A program made the position numbers and the translations under genes. Under the pieces are notes generated by a model that ran no database searches, was not told the DNA's origin, and worked only from the letters and a program-made list of their open reading frames with translations. DNA of 64,000 nucleotides from Candidatus Kapaibacterium sp. Its GTDB lineage: Bacteria > Bacteroidota > Ignavibacteria > Kapaibacteriales > UBA2268. The DNA is taken from assembly GCA_963665665.1 (NCBI GenBank), contig OY762428.1:288001-352000 (forward strand), read 5' to 3'. Shown here piece by piece: positions 19,817-29,455 of the stretch (position 1 is its first letter; every line of letters begins with the position of its first letter).

Positions 19817-22800
19817 TCACTCAATTATTTCCAGTGTTTTCTTGATCTTCCATAAGGCGGCCACGCTGTCGTCCCTTGATTCAACCGGTATAGTCAGCAG
19901 CAGCCTGGGGCCGGCCTGTTTCAGTTTCGAACCGGGCATATCGTTCATGTACTCGGCAATAACCGGGAATGCTTTTGCATAATATTCGGCGTTTTCTTTT
20001 GAAGGAAGTTCGCAAACAATCCTGCCCTTGCGGAGCATTATCCGTATAAAACCGGTATAAAGCGCTGCTATCCTTACTTTAACTGCAAACACAAGTTCCT
20101 GCGCCTGGCGCGGCAGTTTGCCGAAACGGTCCGTGAGTTCTTCCACTATTTCCTGAAGCTCTGCATTGTTCGAAGAATTATACAGCCGTTTGTAGAATGA
20201 GAACCTGTCCGCTTCGTTTTTCACGTAATCCTTTGGAAGCAGTGCATCTGTTCCAAGCTCTATGGCTATATCCTCGTTCTGTAGCATCTTAGCCCGGGGC
20301 AGTTCGCCCTCGGCAAATAATTCGGAGAATTCCTCGGTCCGAAGTTCCCCAACTGCTTCATCCAGTATTTTCTGGTAAAGTTCGAAACCCATTTCATTAA
20401 TATACCCGCTCTGTTCCGGGCCGAGCATATCTCCCGCTCCGCGAATCTCAAGGTCGCGCAGAGCCAACTGGAAACCGCTGCCGAGGTCAGTGAATTCCTC
20501 GATTGCCTGGAGACGCTGAAGAGCATTTTCATTCAGTTTGTTGAACGGCGGTATCAGCAGGTAGCAATATGCCTGCTTATTTGCCCTGCCCACACGTCCG
20601 CGAAGCTGGTATAGCTCAGCCAGTCCGAACATCTGTGCCCTGTTGATGATCATGGTATTTGCATTTGGAATATCCAGGCCCGATTCAACTATTTTAGTTG
20701 AAATAAGTACGTCGTATTTCCTCTTTATAAATTTCTGCATCACGCTTTCAAGCTGGGAAGCTTTCATTTGCCCGTGCGCCACGGCAAACCGGACATGTGG
20801 CATAAGCTCCTGGAGATCATCGCGAATTTTTTCAATATCCTTCACCTTGTCCGATACAAAGAATACCTGCCCTTTGCGTTCAATTTCTTTATTAATAACT
20901 TCGGTGATGAACTCTTCATTCCATTCCATCACCTCTGTCTGAACCGGTATCCTATTCCTTGGCGGAGTAGTTATTATGCTTAAATCCCTTGCACCCATAA
21001 GCGAGAAATTCAGCGTCCTGGGAATTGGCGTGGCAGTCAGGGTAAGAGTATCAATAGCAGCCCGCATGGAACGTAGTTTTTCCTTGGACGAAACACCGAA
21101 ACGCTGCTCCTCGTCAATTATCAGAAGCCCCAGGTCTTTGAAATTAATATCTTTCGATAGCATCCTGTGAGTTCCTATAAGTATATCCACACCGCCTTTT
21201 TCAAGATTTTGAAGAATTTTAGTCTGGTCGGCTTTTTTCCTGAATCTGGATATAACTTCAGGTATTACGGGATATTTTGCCAGGCGGTCGCGGAATGTCA
21301 TATAATGCTGCTGTGCCAGGATAGTAGTTGGAACAAGCACAGCCACCTGCTTGCCGCTCTGCACAGTTTTGAAAGCGGCTCGGATAGCCACTTCGGTTTT
21401 TCCAAAACCAACATCACCGCAAACAAGCCTGTCCATGGGCGTTTCGGATTCCATATCTTTTTTTATATCAGATGTGGCAGTAGCCTGGTCGGGAGTATCC
21501 TCGTATATGAACGAAGCTTCGAATTCTTTCTGCCATACATTGTCCGAACTGAAAGCAAATCCCGGCTGCATTTTCCTTTCGGCATAAAGTTTTATCAGGT
21601 CGCGGGCAATATCTTTTAATTTTTTCTTTGTTCGGGCTTTTTTCCTGGCCCATTCTGTAGTTCCGAGTTTATTCAGTTTGGGCGTAACACCCTCAGATGC
21701 CTCATAAGGCCGTACTTTGTGCAGGTAGTTCAGATGAACGTAAAGCAGGTCTCCCCCGGCATATATTATTCTTGCACAGTCCTGCCTGTTGCCGCCGATC
21801 TCAACCGTTTCAAAACCGTCGAAGCGTCCAATACCCTTATCATCATGAACAATATAATCACCAATCTTTAGCTGCTTCAGTTCGCGAAGGGTCATACCGG
21901 GGCTTTTCTTACCTCCCCTGCTCTTTTTAACACGGACGCGTCCGAATATCTCATGCTCTGTTATCAAAGCCAGGCCGTCTTCATTCAGTATGAACCCTTT
22001 ACTTACTGCTTCATTGAGCCAGATCACAGAATCGAAAATATCGTCCGGTTTGATATTTTCCGGCAATTTGTTTTCTTCGTCAAGGATTGTCAGGGAATTT
22101 TTAACAATATCGCTGAATCGTTCAAGGTGAATCTTACCCTCGGCGCAAAGAATATATGTCATACCGGCGGAAATATCAGCTGAAAGTTGTGTGCAAAATT
22201 CCTTAATCGAACTGTTGAAACCCGGTTGAGGAGCCGAATGCAGTTTCAACCCGCCGCCCCTGATGCTATTCATATTAATTATCGCGTATTTTTCAGCTAT
22301 TGATGAAACAATAGCCGTTATTTCGTCGTCGTCAGGGAAAGTTTCCGGGCTGTTAAAAACCACTAATGTTTCTTCTGCCAGGAAATTATCTATTGTATCA
22401 GTTCTTTCGGTATCGTCGGAATAAAATACTGATTCGATAAATGTGATGCTTTTATGGTCGTTTATTGAACGTTGTGACATAGGGCTGAACTCGCGGATGG
22501 ATTCCACCTGGTCCCCCCAGAAATCCAGCCTGACAGGGTTGTCCCAACCTACCGGGAAGATATCTACGATACCACCGCGTACTGCCATCTCCCCCTGCGA
22601 GGCTACATAGTCGTTTCTTTCGAAACCATTTAATGCAAGGTTATTAGTAAATTTCTCAAATTCAATATTATCTCCGACGCTGACCGTTATTTTATGAGCG
22701 CTGATATCCTGTTTACCGGGGATCTTTATTTCAAAAATATCAGGAGTAGTTATAATTACCGGGCTATCAATCTCATTTACCCTGCTCAATCCCTCGACAA

Positions 22801-23122
22801 GCCACCCTAACTGCTCTTCCTGTATATCATCCTGGAAGCGGACGTTCTTTTCAGGCTTAACCAGGTATATTATTTCTTTATCATCAACAAATAGTGATAA
22901 GTCATTGCGTATTTCTCCGGCATCCTTCACACTTGCACAGACAATAACAATCGGGTTGGCAAGTTCGCCGCGCAAAAGCGTTATAATAACAGAAGGAAGC
23001 GATCCTGCTGCATTTTTGATCGTCAGTACGTCTTCAAAATCACTTATTTCGTTTTTTATCTGACGAAACAGTTTCGATCTTTTTAATTTCGAGATTATCT
23101 TATTTGTTTTCTGATTGTTCAA
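19817..23122 (-). CDS. mfd: Transcription-repair coupling factor
   Basis: UvrB-homology region (RGGIVDIFP), RID, GDVGFGKT, DEEQRFG, QLRGRVGR, DLEIRGAG; TTG start. Confidence 0.97.
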   Translation of the reverse strand: MNNQKTNKIISKLKRSKLFRQIKNEISDFEDVLTIKNAAGSLPSVIITLLRGELANPIVIVCASVKDAGEIRNDLSLFVDDKEIIYLVKPEKNVRFQDDIQEEQLGWLVEGLSRVNEIDSPVIITTPDIFEIKIPGKQDISAHKITVSVGDNIEFEKFTNNLALNGFERNDYVASQGEMAVRGGIVDIFPVGWDNPVRLDFWGDQVESIREFSPMSQRSINDHKSITFIESVFYSDDTERTDTIDNFLAEETLVVFNSPETFPDDDEITAIVSSIAEKYAIINMNSIRGGGLKLHSAPQPGFNSSIKEFCTQLSADISAGMTYILCAEGKIHLERFSDIVKNSLTILDEENKLPENIKPDDIFDSVIWLNEAVSKGFILNEDGLALITEHEIFGRVRVKKSRGGKKSPGMTLRELKQLKIGDYIVHDDKGIGRFDGFETVEIGGNRQDCARIIYAGGDLLYVHLNYLHKVRPYEASEGVTPKLNKLGTTEWARKKARTKKKLKDIARDLIKLYAERKMQPGFAFSSDNVWQKEFEASFIYEDTPDQATATSDIKKDMESETPMDRLVCGDVGFGKTEVAIRAAFKTVQSGKQVAVLVPTTILAQQHYMTFRDRLAKYPVIPEVISRFRKKADQTKILQNLEKGGVDILIGTHRMLSKDINFKDLGLLIIDEEQRFGVSSKEKLRSMRAAIDTLTLTATPIPRTLNFSLMGARDLSIITTPPRNRIPVQTEVMEWNEEFITEVINKEIERKGQVFFVSDKVKDIEKIRDDLQELMPHVRFAVAHGQMKASQLESVMQKFIKRKYDVLISTKIVESGLDIPNANTMIINRAQMFGLAELYQLRGRVGRANKQAYCYLLIPPFNKLNENALQRLQAIEEFTDLGSGFQLALRDLEIRGAGDMLGPEQSGYINEMGFELYQKILDEAVGELRTEEFSELFAEGELPRAKMLQNEDIAIELGTDALLPKDYVKNEADRFSFYKRLYNSSNNAELQEIVEELTDRFGKLPRQAQELVFAVKVRIAALYTGFIRIMLRKGRIVCELPSKENAEYYAKAFPVIAEYMNDMPGSKLKQAGPRLLLTIPVESRDDSVAALWKIKKTLEIIE

Positions 23123-23148
23123 TTTTCCGGCCCGGTATTGTTTGTCAA

Positions 23149-23337
23149 TTAAATATCATCAACAATCAAGGTTATCCTTGAATCTTTTTCAGGCATGCAA
23201 TGACATTTGTTTACAAGGTAGTATCTTATTTGCCTGAGCAATTGCTTTCTGTTCAGAGGCGTATTAGAATATATTGTATAAACAATATTCAGCCTCGTAT
23301 CAGTAATTATTTTACAATATTTAAAAACTCTGTTCAA
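23149..23337 (-). CDS. Small hypothetical protein (62 aa), paralog of 23341-23529
   Basis: Fills the operon gap before mfd; 21/53 ungapped identities with the neighbouring ORF; TTG start. Confidence 0.75.
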   Translation of the reverse strand: MNRVFKYCKIITDTRLNIVYTIYSNTPLNRKQLLRQIRYYLVNKCHCMPEKDSRITLIVDDI

Positions 23338-23340
23338 ATT

Positions 23341-23529
23341 TTAAGCAAAATCATTCGCTTTAATAGTTACTGTCGTTCCCCCTTTTTGTTTAATATTCAG
23401 GGGATTCATATTAAAATACCTAATCTGGCGAAGCATTTGTTTTCTGTCAAGCTTTTTATCTGCAAGAATTATATACTTAATATTTCTTCGTGTGTCCCTG
23501 ATAACATTTTTTACGGGTTCTTTATCCAT
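23341..23529 (-). CDS. Small basic hypothetical protein (62 aa), paralog of 23149-23337
   Basis: ATG overlaps the end of hflX; shares DTRxNIxY and RKQ(M/L)LRQIRY with its neighbour. Confidence 0.8.
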   Translation of the reverse strand: MDKEPVKNVIRDTRRNIKYIILADKKLDRKQMLRQIRYFNMNPLNIKQKGGTTVTIKANDFA

Positions 23530-24835
23530 CGTCTTCGTCCTCGTAATCTTTTAAAATGAATTCTTCGAATTTGTTAGCAAAAATCTCTTTTTTATCTTTG
23601 AAAACCCCGATTTCATAAATTGAACCGTCGTCCTTATCTTTCTGGGCAAATATTTCACCGCACTGATAAAGTTCGGCAAGCATTGACATTTTATCATAAG
23701 GCAATTTTACAAAAAATCTCTGATGCTGGGAATCATACATATCCTGCATCATATCAAGGAGTTTATTAATATTATTGCCTCTGGTTGAAGATATAAATAT
23801 TGATTTCGGGAACTCATCCTCAATTACTTTCAGCATATCCATTTCTTCAAGCATGTCAATTTTATTAAAAACGAGGATCGTTGGTTTATCAGCAATATTC
23901 AGGCTTCTGAGTGTTTTCTCCACAACTGCAAGCTGGTCGCGGAATTGCGGGTGAGTAACATCCACAACGTGAAGCAGAATATCTGCTTCCCTTGCCTCGG
24001 AAAGAGTAGAACGAAACGAAGCTACAAGATGGTGTGGCAATTTCCTTATAAAACCCACTGTATCGGAAAGAAGTGATTTCCGGCCATTCGGCAGCTTAAA
24101 TGTTCGTACCGTTGTATCAAGAGTCGCAAACAGCTGATCCTGAATATAGACATCCGCTTCGGTTATGGCGTTCATAAGAGTTGATTTACCGGCATTTGTA
24201 TAGCCCACGAGTGCGAACTGAGGCATTTGCTCTCTGCCTTTTCTCTGCTGGGCTTTATTGGTATCAATATCTGCCAGTTTATCTTTCAATCTCTGGATTC
24301 TGGTCCTGATAATACGCCTGTCAGTTTCTATCTGAGTTTCACCCGGGCCTTTTGTACCAATACCGCCATACTGTTTCGAAAGGTGAGTCCACATCCTGGT
24401 CAGTTTGGGCAGCATGTATTGAAGCTGTGCCAGCTCTACCTGGGTTTTAGCTTCGTTTGATCTTGCTCTCTGGGCGAAAATATCAAGTATCAGGCCGCTG
24501 CGGTCAATTACTTTGATCTTCAGTTTACTTTCCAGGTTTCTTGTTTGTGCCGGTGACAGGTCATCGTCAAAAATGACCAGGTCAATATCATTTTCAGTAA
24601 CTTCAAGAAGAATCTCCTCCAACTTACCTTTCCCAACAACCGTGGCTTTGTTAGGCACTTGTAATTCCTGGTAAATTTTTTCGATCACTTCGGCTCCGGC
24701 TGTTTCTGCAAGGAACTCCAGTTCGTCGAGATGTTCCTGAGCAACATCTCGGTCAGAACCTTTTTTTACAACTGATACTGCCAGGGCTTTTTCTTTTTGA
24801 GGTTCTGTTTCTGTAAATGTATTTTCTTTTGCCAT
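23522..24835 (-). CDS. hflX: Ribosome-splitting GTPase HflX
   Basis: LILDIFAQRA, GPGETQIE, GYTNAGKS, LFATLD, DTVGF, NKID. Confidence 0.97.
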   Translation of the reverse strand: MAKENTFTETEPQKEKALAVSVVKKGSDRDVAQEHLDELEFLAETAGAEVIEKIYQELQVPNKATVVGKGKLEEILLEVTENDIDLVIFDDDLSPAQTRNLESKLKIKVIDRSGLILDIFAQRARSNEAKTQVELAQLQYMLPKLTRMWTHLSKQYGGIGTKGPGETQIETDRRIIRTRIQRLKDKLADIDTNKAQQRKGREQMPQFALVGYTNAGKSTLMNAITEADVYIQDQLFATLDTTVRTFKLPNGRKSLLSDTVGFIRKLPHHLVASFRSTLSEAREADILLHVVDVTHPQFRDQLAVVEKTLRSLNIADKPTILVFNKIDMLEEMDMLKVIEDEFPKSIFISSTRGNNINKLLDMMQDMYDSQHQRFFVKLPYDKMSMLAELYQCGEIFAQKDKDDGSIYEIGVFKDKKEIFANKFEEFILKDYEDEDDG

Positions 24836-24853
24836 ATATTATTTTAATTTTTA

Positions 24854-25453
24854 TTAGCCAATTATTTTATTTCTTTCCTTTTTGATCTCGTTCAAAAGGT
24901 AGAGCAATTCTTTTGTTGCGCAGCTTTCAATAAGAGCAAAGTATTTCTTGCTTGTTTCAAGTATCAGGTTAATAGGATTATACATCGGATTGAAATCCAT
25001 ACTCCTGAACCTGTCAACAGTTTCGGCCATTCTAATTATCAGGTAATCATCACCCGGATTCCTTATCTTATCTTTGATATCAAAATCCAGTTCCTCTGGA
25101 TTCATTTCAAGGGTTTCCCTGTCTTCACGAAAATTCTCAATCAAAAGGCTTACATAAGGGCCAAAGTTGAAATCAACAATTTCTATCGTTATTTCCTCGC
25201 CTGTTTTGTGGCTGTCGTGAAGCAAAGTAGTAATAATTAAATCGGGATCGGAAATATGCAACTCCCTGATGAGAATACCTACAACCCTTGTCAAATGATA
25301 AAAGTAAGGAGATTTATCCACCATTCTGTGATTTTGGTGAGCAGCTTCTGCAATTTCATAAGCGCCCCTGATTTTATTTAATTCAAAAGGCGAAAGCCTC
25401 TCTCCGAGTTCATATTCAATATCATCAATTGACAAAAAGTGGTACTTGTTCAT
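24854..25453 (-). CDS. Stand-alone HD-domain protein resembling the RelA/SpoT (p)ppGpp hydrolase domain
   Basis: AYEIAEAAH...R...PYFYHL...LLHD...FGPYV pattern typical of SpoT/Mesh1 HD domains. Confidence 0.65.
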   Translation of the reverse strand: MNKYHFLSIDDIEYELGERLSPFELNKIRGAYEIAEAAHQNHRMVDKSPYFYHLTRVVGILIRELHISDPDLIITTLLHDSHKTGEEITIEIVDFNFGPYVSLLIENFREDRETLEMNPEELDFDIKDKIRNPGDDYLIIRMAETVDRFRSMDFNPMYNPINLILETSKKYFALIESCATKELLYLLNEIKKERNKIIG

Positions 25454-25497
25454 TGTTTTTCCCGCATTTAATTTAAAGACAGGTTAATATTAAAATA

Positions 25498-27216
25498 TCA
25501 GGCACTGCCTGCTTTAATCAATTCTTCAGCGCTTCTAACAGAAACTTCTGTTACTTCTTCTCCACTCAGCAATTTAGCGATTTCCCTGATTTTTTCATCA
25601 TTGTTTAGCGAAGAAAACTGTATTTCAGCACGTCCGTTAGTCTCATTTTTGAAAACAATATAGTTTTTATCTCCGATTGCGGCTATTTGCGGCAGGTGGG
25701 TAATAGCAATTATCTGATGAAAAGCTGACAGTTCTTTCATCGAAGCAGCAACCTTCCCTGCTATTCTTCCGCTTATACCCGTATCAATTTCATCGAAAAC
25801 AAAAAGTGGAATATCATCACTTTGGGCTATAACCTGCTTGATCGAAAGCATCACCCTTGAGAGCTCGCCACCCGAAGCAATATCTGATAAAGGCCCTGGC
25901 TGAATTCCTTTATTGGCAGAGATAAGAAATGTAACATCATCAATACCGCTATCATTTATCTCGTAATATTTACCATTGATTTTAGCGCAACTTATTTGAG
26001 AGTTGTCTTTCGGCTGAATCTCTTTTTTGCTTATATCAACATTGAAAACGGCACTGTCAATACCAAGTTTCGATAATGATTTAATTATACCTGATTCGAA
26101 CTTCTTTGAAAACTTCTCACGTCCGGAAGAAATTTCCTGAGCAATTTTTCCAAGATCAGTTTGATATAACTCAATTTGTTTTTTGTATGATAAAATATCA
26201 TCATCGAAATTATCGATCAGCAACAATTCACTTTCAATTTCATCTTTTTTCCTTAGAATCTCATCAATCGGACCGAATTTTTTGATCAATCCTTTTAGTT
26301 CCAAAAGTCTCAGCCTTACTTCTTCTATTCTTTGCTGGTCGAAATTAATCCCTGAGGAATAGTCAGAAGCAAAAGAAGCAACCTCATCAACTGAAATCAG
26401 GGCCGTCTTTATTTCCTCGACAAAATCAGAAAATGAATTATCAATTGAATTCAGGCTTTCGATCATCTCTTTGCATCTTGTCAGTATATCATGAGCCGAA
26501 ATCTCATCATTATATAGCAACCCGTTCAACTCAAGAGCGCCCGAGTATAAAGTCTCATAATTTTCAGCTATTCTAAGCTCATTTTCAAGTTTTTCATCTT
26601 CTTCCGGTTCTGGTGAGATTTTTTCTATTTCTTCAAGCTGATGGCGAAGAAAATCTTCTTTTTGCCTAAGCTCATTTTCTCTTTTCAGCAGTTTTCGGTA
26701 TTCTGCAAGCTTAACATCAAGATCAGATTTGAGCTTTGAAAAATCAGATAATAAAGGCTTATAATCCCCGGCATTATCAAGAATATTAATATGGTTTTCG
26801 CGATATAAAAGCGACTGATGCTCGTGCTGGCCATGCAAATCGGCAAGCCGTCTGCCAAATTCTTTTAAAATAGTGACAGTAACAGGAGTATCATTTATAA
26901 AGCAACGTGATACACCTTTTGAATTTATCTCTCTTCTCAGAATAAGTTCATCGCCGAAGCTGTCAATATCATTTGTTCTGAGAATATCTTCAGCAATTGG
27001 ATTAATATTTGCAAAGATCCCCTCAATAACAGCCTTTCTTGCTCCTGGCCTGACAAGTTCTGCAGAACCCCTTCCGCCAAAAAGCACAGATAAAGCCCCC
27101 ATGATTACAGACTTACCGGAGCCTGTTTCCCCCGTTATAATATTCAGGCCGTCCCCGAACACTGCGTCCACCCGGGAAATCAAAGTGTAATTTTCTATTA
27201 ACAAAGATTTTAGCAT
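25498..27216 (-). CDS. recN: DNA repair protein RecN
   Basis: ITGETGSGKS, HGQHEHQ, coiled coil, SGGELSR, FDEIDTG, ITHLPQIA. Confidence 0.97.
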   Translation of the reverse strand: MLKSLLIENYTLISRVDAVFGDGLNIITGETGSGKSVIMGALSVLFGGRGSAELVRPGARKAVIEGIFANINPIAEDILRTNDIDSFGDELILRREINSKGVSRCFINDTPVTVTILKEFGRRLADLHGQHEHQSLLYRENHINILDNAGDYKPLLSDFSKLKSDLDVKLAEYRKLLKRENELRQKEDFLRHQLEEIEKISPEPEEDEKLENELRIAENYETLYSGALELNGLLYNDEISAHDILTRCKEMIESLNSIDNSFSDFVEEIKTALISVDEVASFASDYSSGINFDQQRIEEVRLRLLELKGLIKKFGPIDEILRKKDEIESELLLIDNFDDDILSYKKQIELYQTDLGKIAQEISSGREKFSKKFESGIIKSLSKLGIDSAVFNVDISKKEIQPKDNSQISCAKINGKYYEINDSGIDDVTFLISANKGIQPGPLSDIASGGELSRVMLSIKQVIAQSDDIPLFVFDEIDTGISGRIAGKVAASMKELSAFHQIIAITHLPQIAAIGDKNYIVFKNETNGRAEIQFSSLNNDEKIREIAKLLSGEEVTEVSVRSAEELIKAGSA

Positions 27217-27302
27217 ATCGCTCAATTAGTGTTATCAGAAAAAAACAAATATACAGATTTTCGCTCTAATCTGCATGATGTATTGAGATAGAATTCTATG
27301 TA

Positions 27303-28433
27303 TCAGGCCGGTTGTTTAACTGGAAACTTTATTACAAAACTCGTGCCGGTACCAATTGCGCTCCGGCAGATAATTTCGGCATTAATAATATCAGCATACT
27401 TCCTTGCAATCGAAAGCCCAAGGCCGGTTGAATTTTCATTAGCAGTAGGCTTTGCTGACAAACGGGCGAATTTTTTAAATAATTTTTTCTGGTCTTCGGG
27501 ACTAATCCCGGGCCCCTGGTCGGAAATTTCCGCATGGAAATAATTATCCAGACAATAAGTTGAAACGGAAACGGTTTTCCCAACAGGGGAATATTTTATT
27601 GCATTAGAAAGTATATTGTCAATAATTTGAATTACTGCGTTCTGATCTGATTCAATTAAACATCCGTCCTTAAGATGTTGATCAATTGTAATATTTTTTC
27701 CGTTTGTCCAATCCGAAAAACCATAGATAACGTTTTTTATCAAAGGAACAACATCTATTTCAGAATATTCGGGTACAAACTGCCCCTGCTCAATTTTATT
27801 CAGATCCAGGAGATTAGCAATCAATTCAAGCATCCTGTCTGCGCTTTCAATTATATCCTGGCAAAATTCTTCTTCTTCATCCCTGCTCAAATCCATATCA
27901 TTTTTTATTACTTTTGCCAGCATGGAAATATTGAATATCGGATTCTTCAGGTCGTGAGCGGTCATTCCGATAATTTCATTTTTTTCATTATTCAGCTTTT
28001 CCAATTCCAGATTCTTACTGTTTATCTCATCCCGGTATCGATTCAATTTCAGGTGTGTTTTAACCTTTGCAAGAATAATTGCAGATGATACAGGTTTCAG
28101 CAAATAGTCCGAACCGCCTATTTCGAATGAGTTTATTACATTTTCCGTATTGGCATTTTCTGATGTAAAAATAATTGGAATATTTTTCGTTTCGGGTGAA
28201 TTTCTAAGTAAATCGCAAAATTGGCTATTCTGGCTCGTATAATATTGATAATCAATAATTATCATCCCGGGAATATCATCTTTTATTGATTCGAAAGCCA
28301 TTTCACAAGTATCGAACAGTCGTTGCTCAATTCCATAATCAGACAGATTCAGGCTACCATTGAAAATATGATTCTCAATAGGATCTATTATATAGATTAA
28401 AAAATTATTCCGTTTTAAATCTTCTCCCAGCAT
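27303..28433 (-). CDS. Cytoplasmic hybrid receiver-histidine kinase
   Basis: N-terminal REC (IIID, T/S, KP), H-box AHDLKNP, NAIKY, DQGPGI, TGLGL. Confidence 0.9.
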   Translation of the reverse strand: MLGEDLKRNNFLIYIIDPIENHIFNGSLNLSDYGIEQRLFDTCEMAFESIKDDIPGMIIIDYQYYTSQNSQFCDLLRNSPETKNIPIIFTSENANTENVINSFEIGGSDYLLKPVSSAIILAKVKTHLKLNRYRDEINSKNLELEKLNNEKNEIIGMTAHDLKNPIFNISMLAKVIKNDMDLSRDEEEEFCQDIIESADRMLELIANLLDLNKIEQGQFVPEYSEIDVVPLIKNVIYGFSDWTNGKNITIDQHLKDGCLIESDQNAVIQIIDNILSNAIKYSPVGKTVSVSTYCLDNYFHAEISDQGPGISPEDQKKLFKKFARLSAKPTANENSTGLGLSIARKYADIINAEIICRSAIGTGTSFVIKFPVKQPA

Positions 28434-28625
28434 ATAACTTCAACTATGGGTAGTTAAAACATTAAAATATCTTCAAATTTACAAAACTTGTCAGGAATAA
28501 TATATAACAATTGTTTTTTATTAAATAATAATAATTTTATAATAATTTGATGTTTATTAAATTGTAATAATTATTATCGAAGCTGTTAAAAGTAAATACT
28601 ATTAACAATAAAATCAGGAATTTCG

Positions 28626-29180
28626 ATGAGAATCACATTATTATTTATACTCCTATCGCTAACACTTTATTCCTGTAATCAGGAAAAAATCAAACCAGGC
28701 ACAGAGCAGAATATTCCAGGAATCGTAAAATTTTCGTTCGAACAGGATTACTCATATCCTGGAACACCCGATTTTATTTTCGAAAAAATAACCGGGGATA
28801 TTTCCCCATGGTGGGATCATTCATTCTCTGACAATCCTGACAGCCTGTTTATTCAGGCCTGGCCCGGAGGAGGATTCTATGAATACTTCGACGGCCCGGA
28901 AAACGGGGCACTGCATGCAAGGGTAATCTATTCGGATAAAGGTAAAATTCTCAGAATGAACGGGCCTTTTGGATTATCGGGCTATGCATTGGATATGACA
29001 GTTACATATAATTTTTCCAAGTTGGGTAAGGATTCTGCTAAACTATCTCTGTTAGTTAACGGAATTGGTAATATTCCAACCGGAATCGACACAATTATTG
29101 CTAAAGTATGGGATCATTTTCTGGGAAAAAGGTTTTCAGAATATATTGGTGGCTTGTCTCGATTCGAAACAACACAATAA
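28626..29180 (+). CDS. SRPBCC/START-like lipoprotein
   Basis: Lipobox LYSC; DISPWW...GGGFYE...ILRMNGPFG pattern. Confidence 0.6.
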   Translation: MRITLLFILLSLTLYSCNQEKIKPGTEQNIPGIVKFSFEQDYSYPGTPDFIFEKITGDISPWWDHSFSDNPDSLFIQAWPGGGFYEYFDGPENGALHARVIYSDKGKILRMNGPFGLSGYALDMTVTYNFSKLGKDSAKLSLLVNGIGNIPTGIDTIIAKVWDHFLGKRFSEYIGGLSRFETTQ

Positions 29181-29455
29181 TTTTTTAATACCTAGCCGTG
29201 ATTCAACCGGCAAGTATTGAAAAAAATAAAATTCTGTAACCATGGGTTTTTAATGAAAAAATATTCTATAATACCTTCAAAGCAAGTGTCAATCAGCACT
29301 TTAAGAAAAGAAGCATAGTATTTAAACAAATGTGTTGAAAAAAAAATTAAAAAATTTGTAAAAATCGATGAACTGCTTTTTCCGATATAGGAAAAAAATT
29401 TGTATCTTAACCTAATTGGAAACATGATTTTTTTTTCCCCGGGAGGAATTAATTT

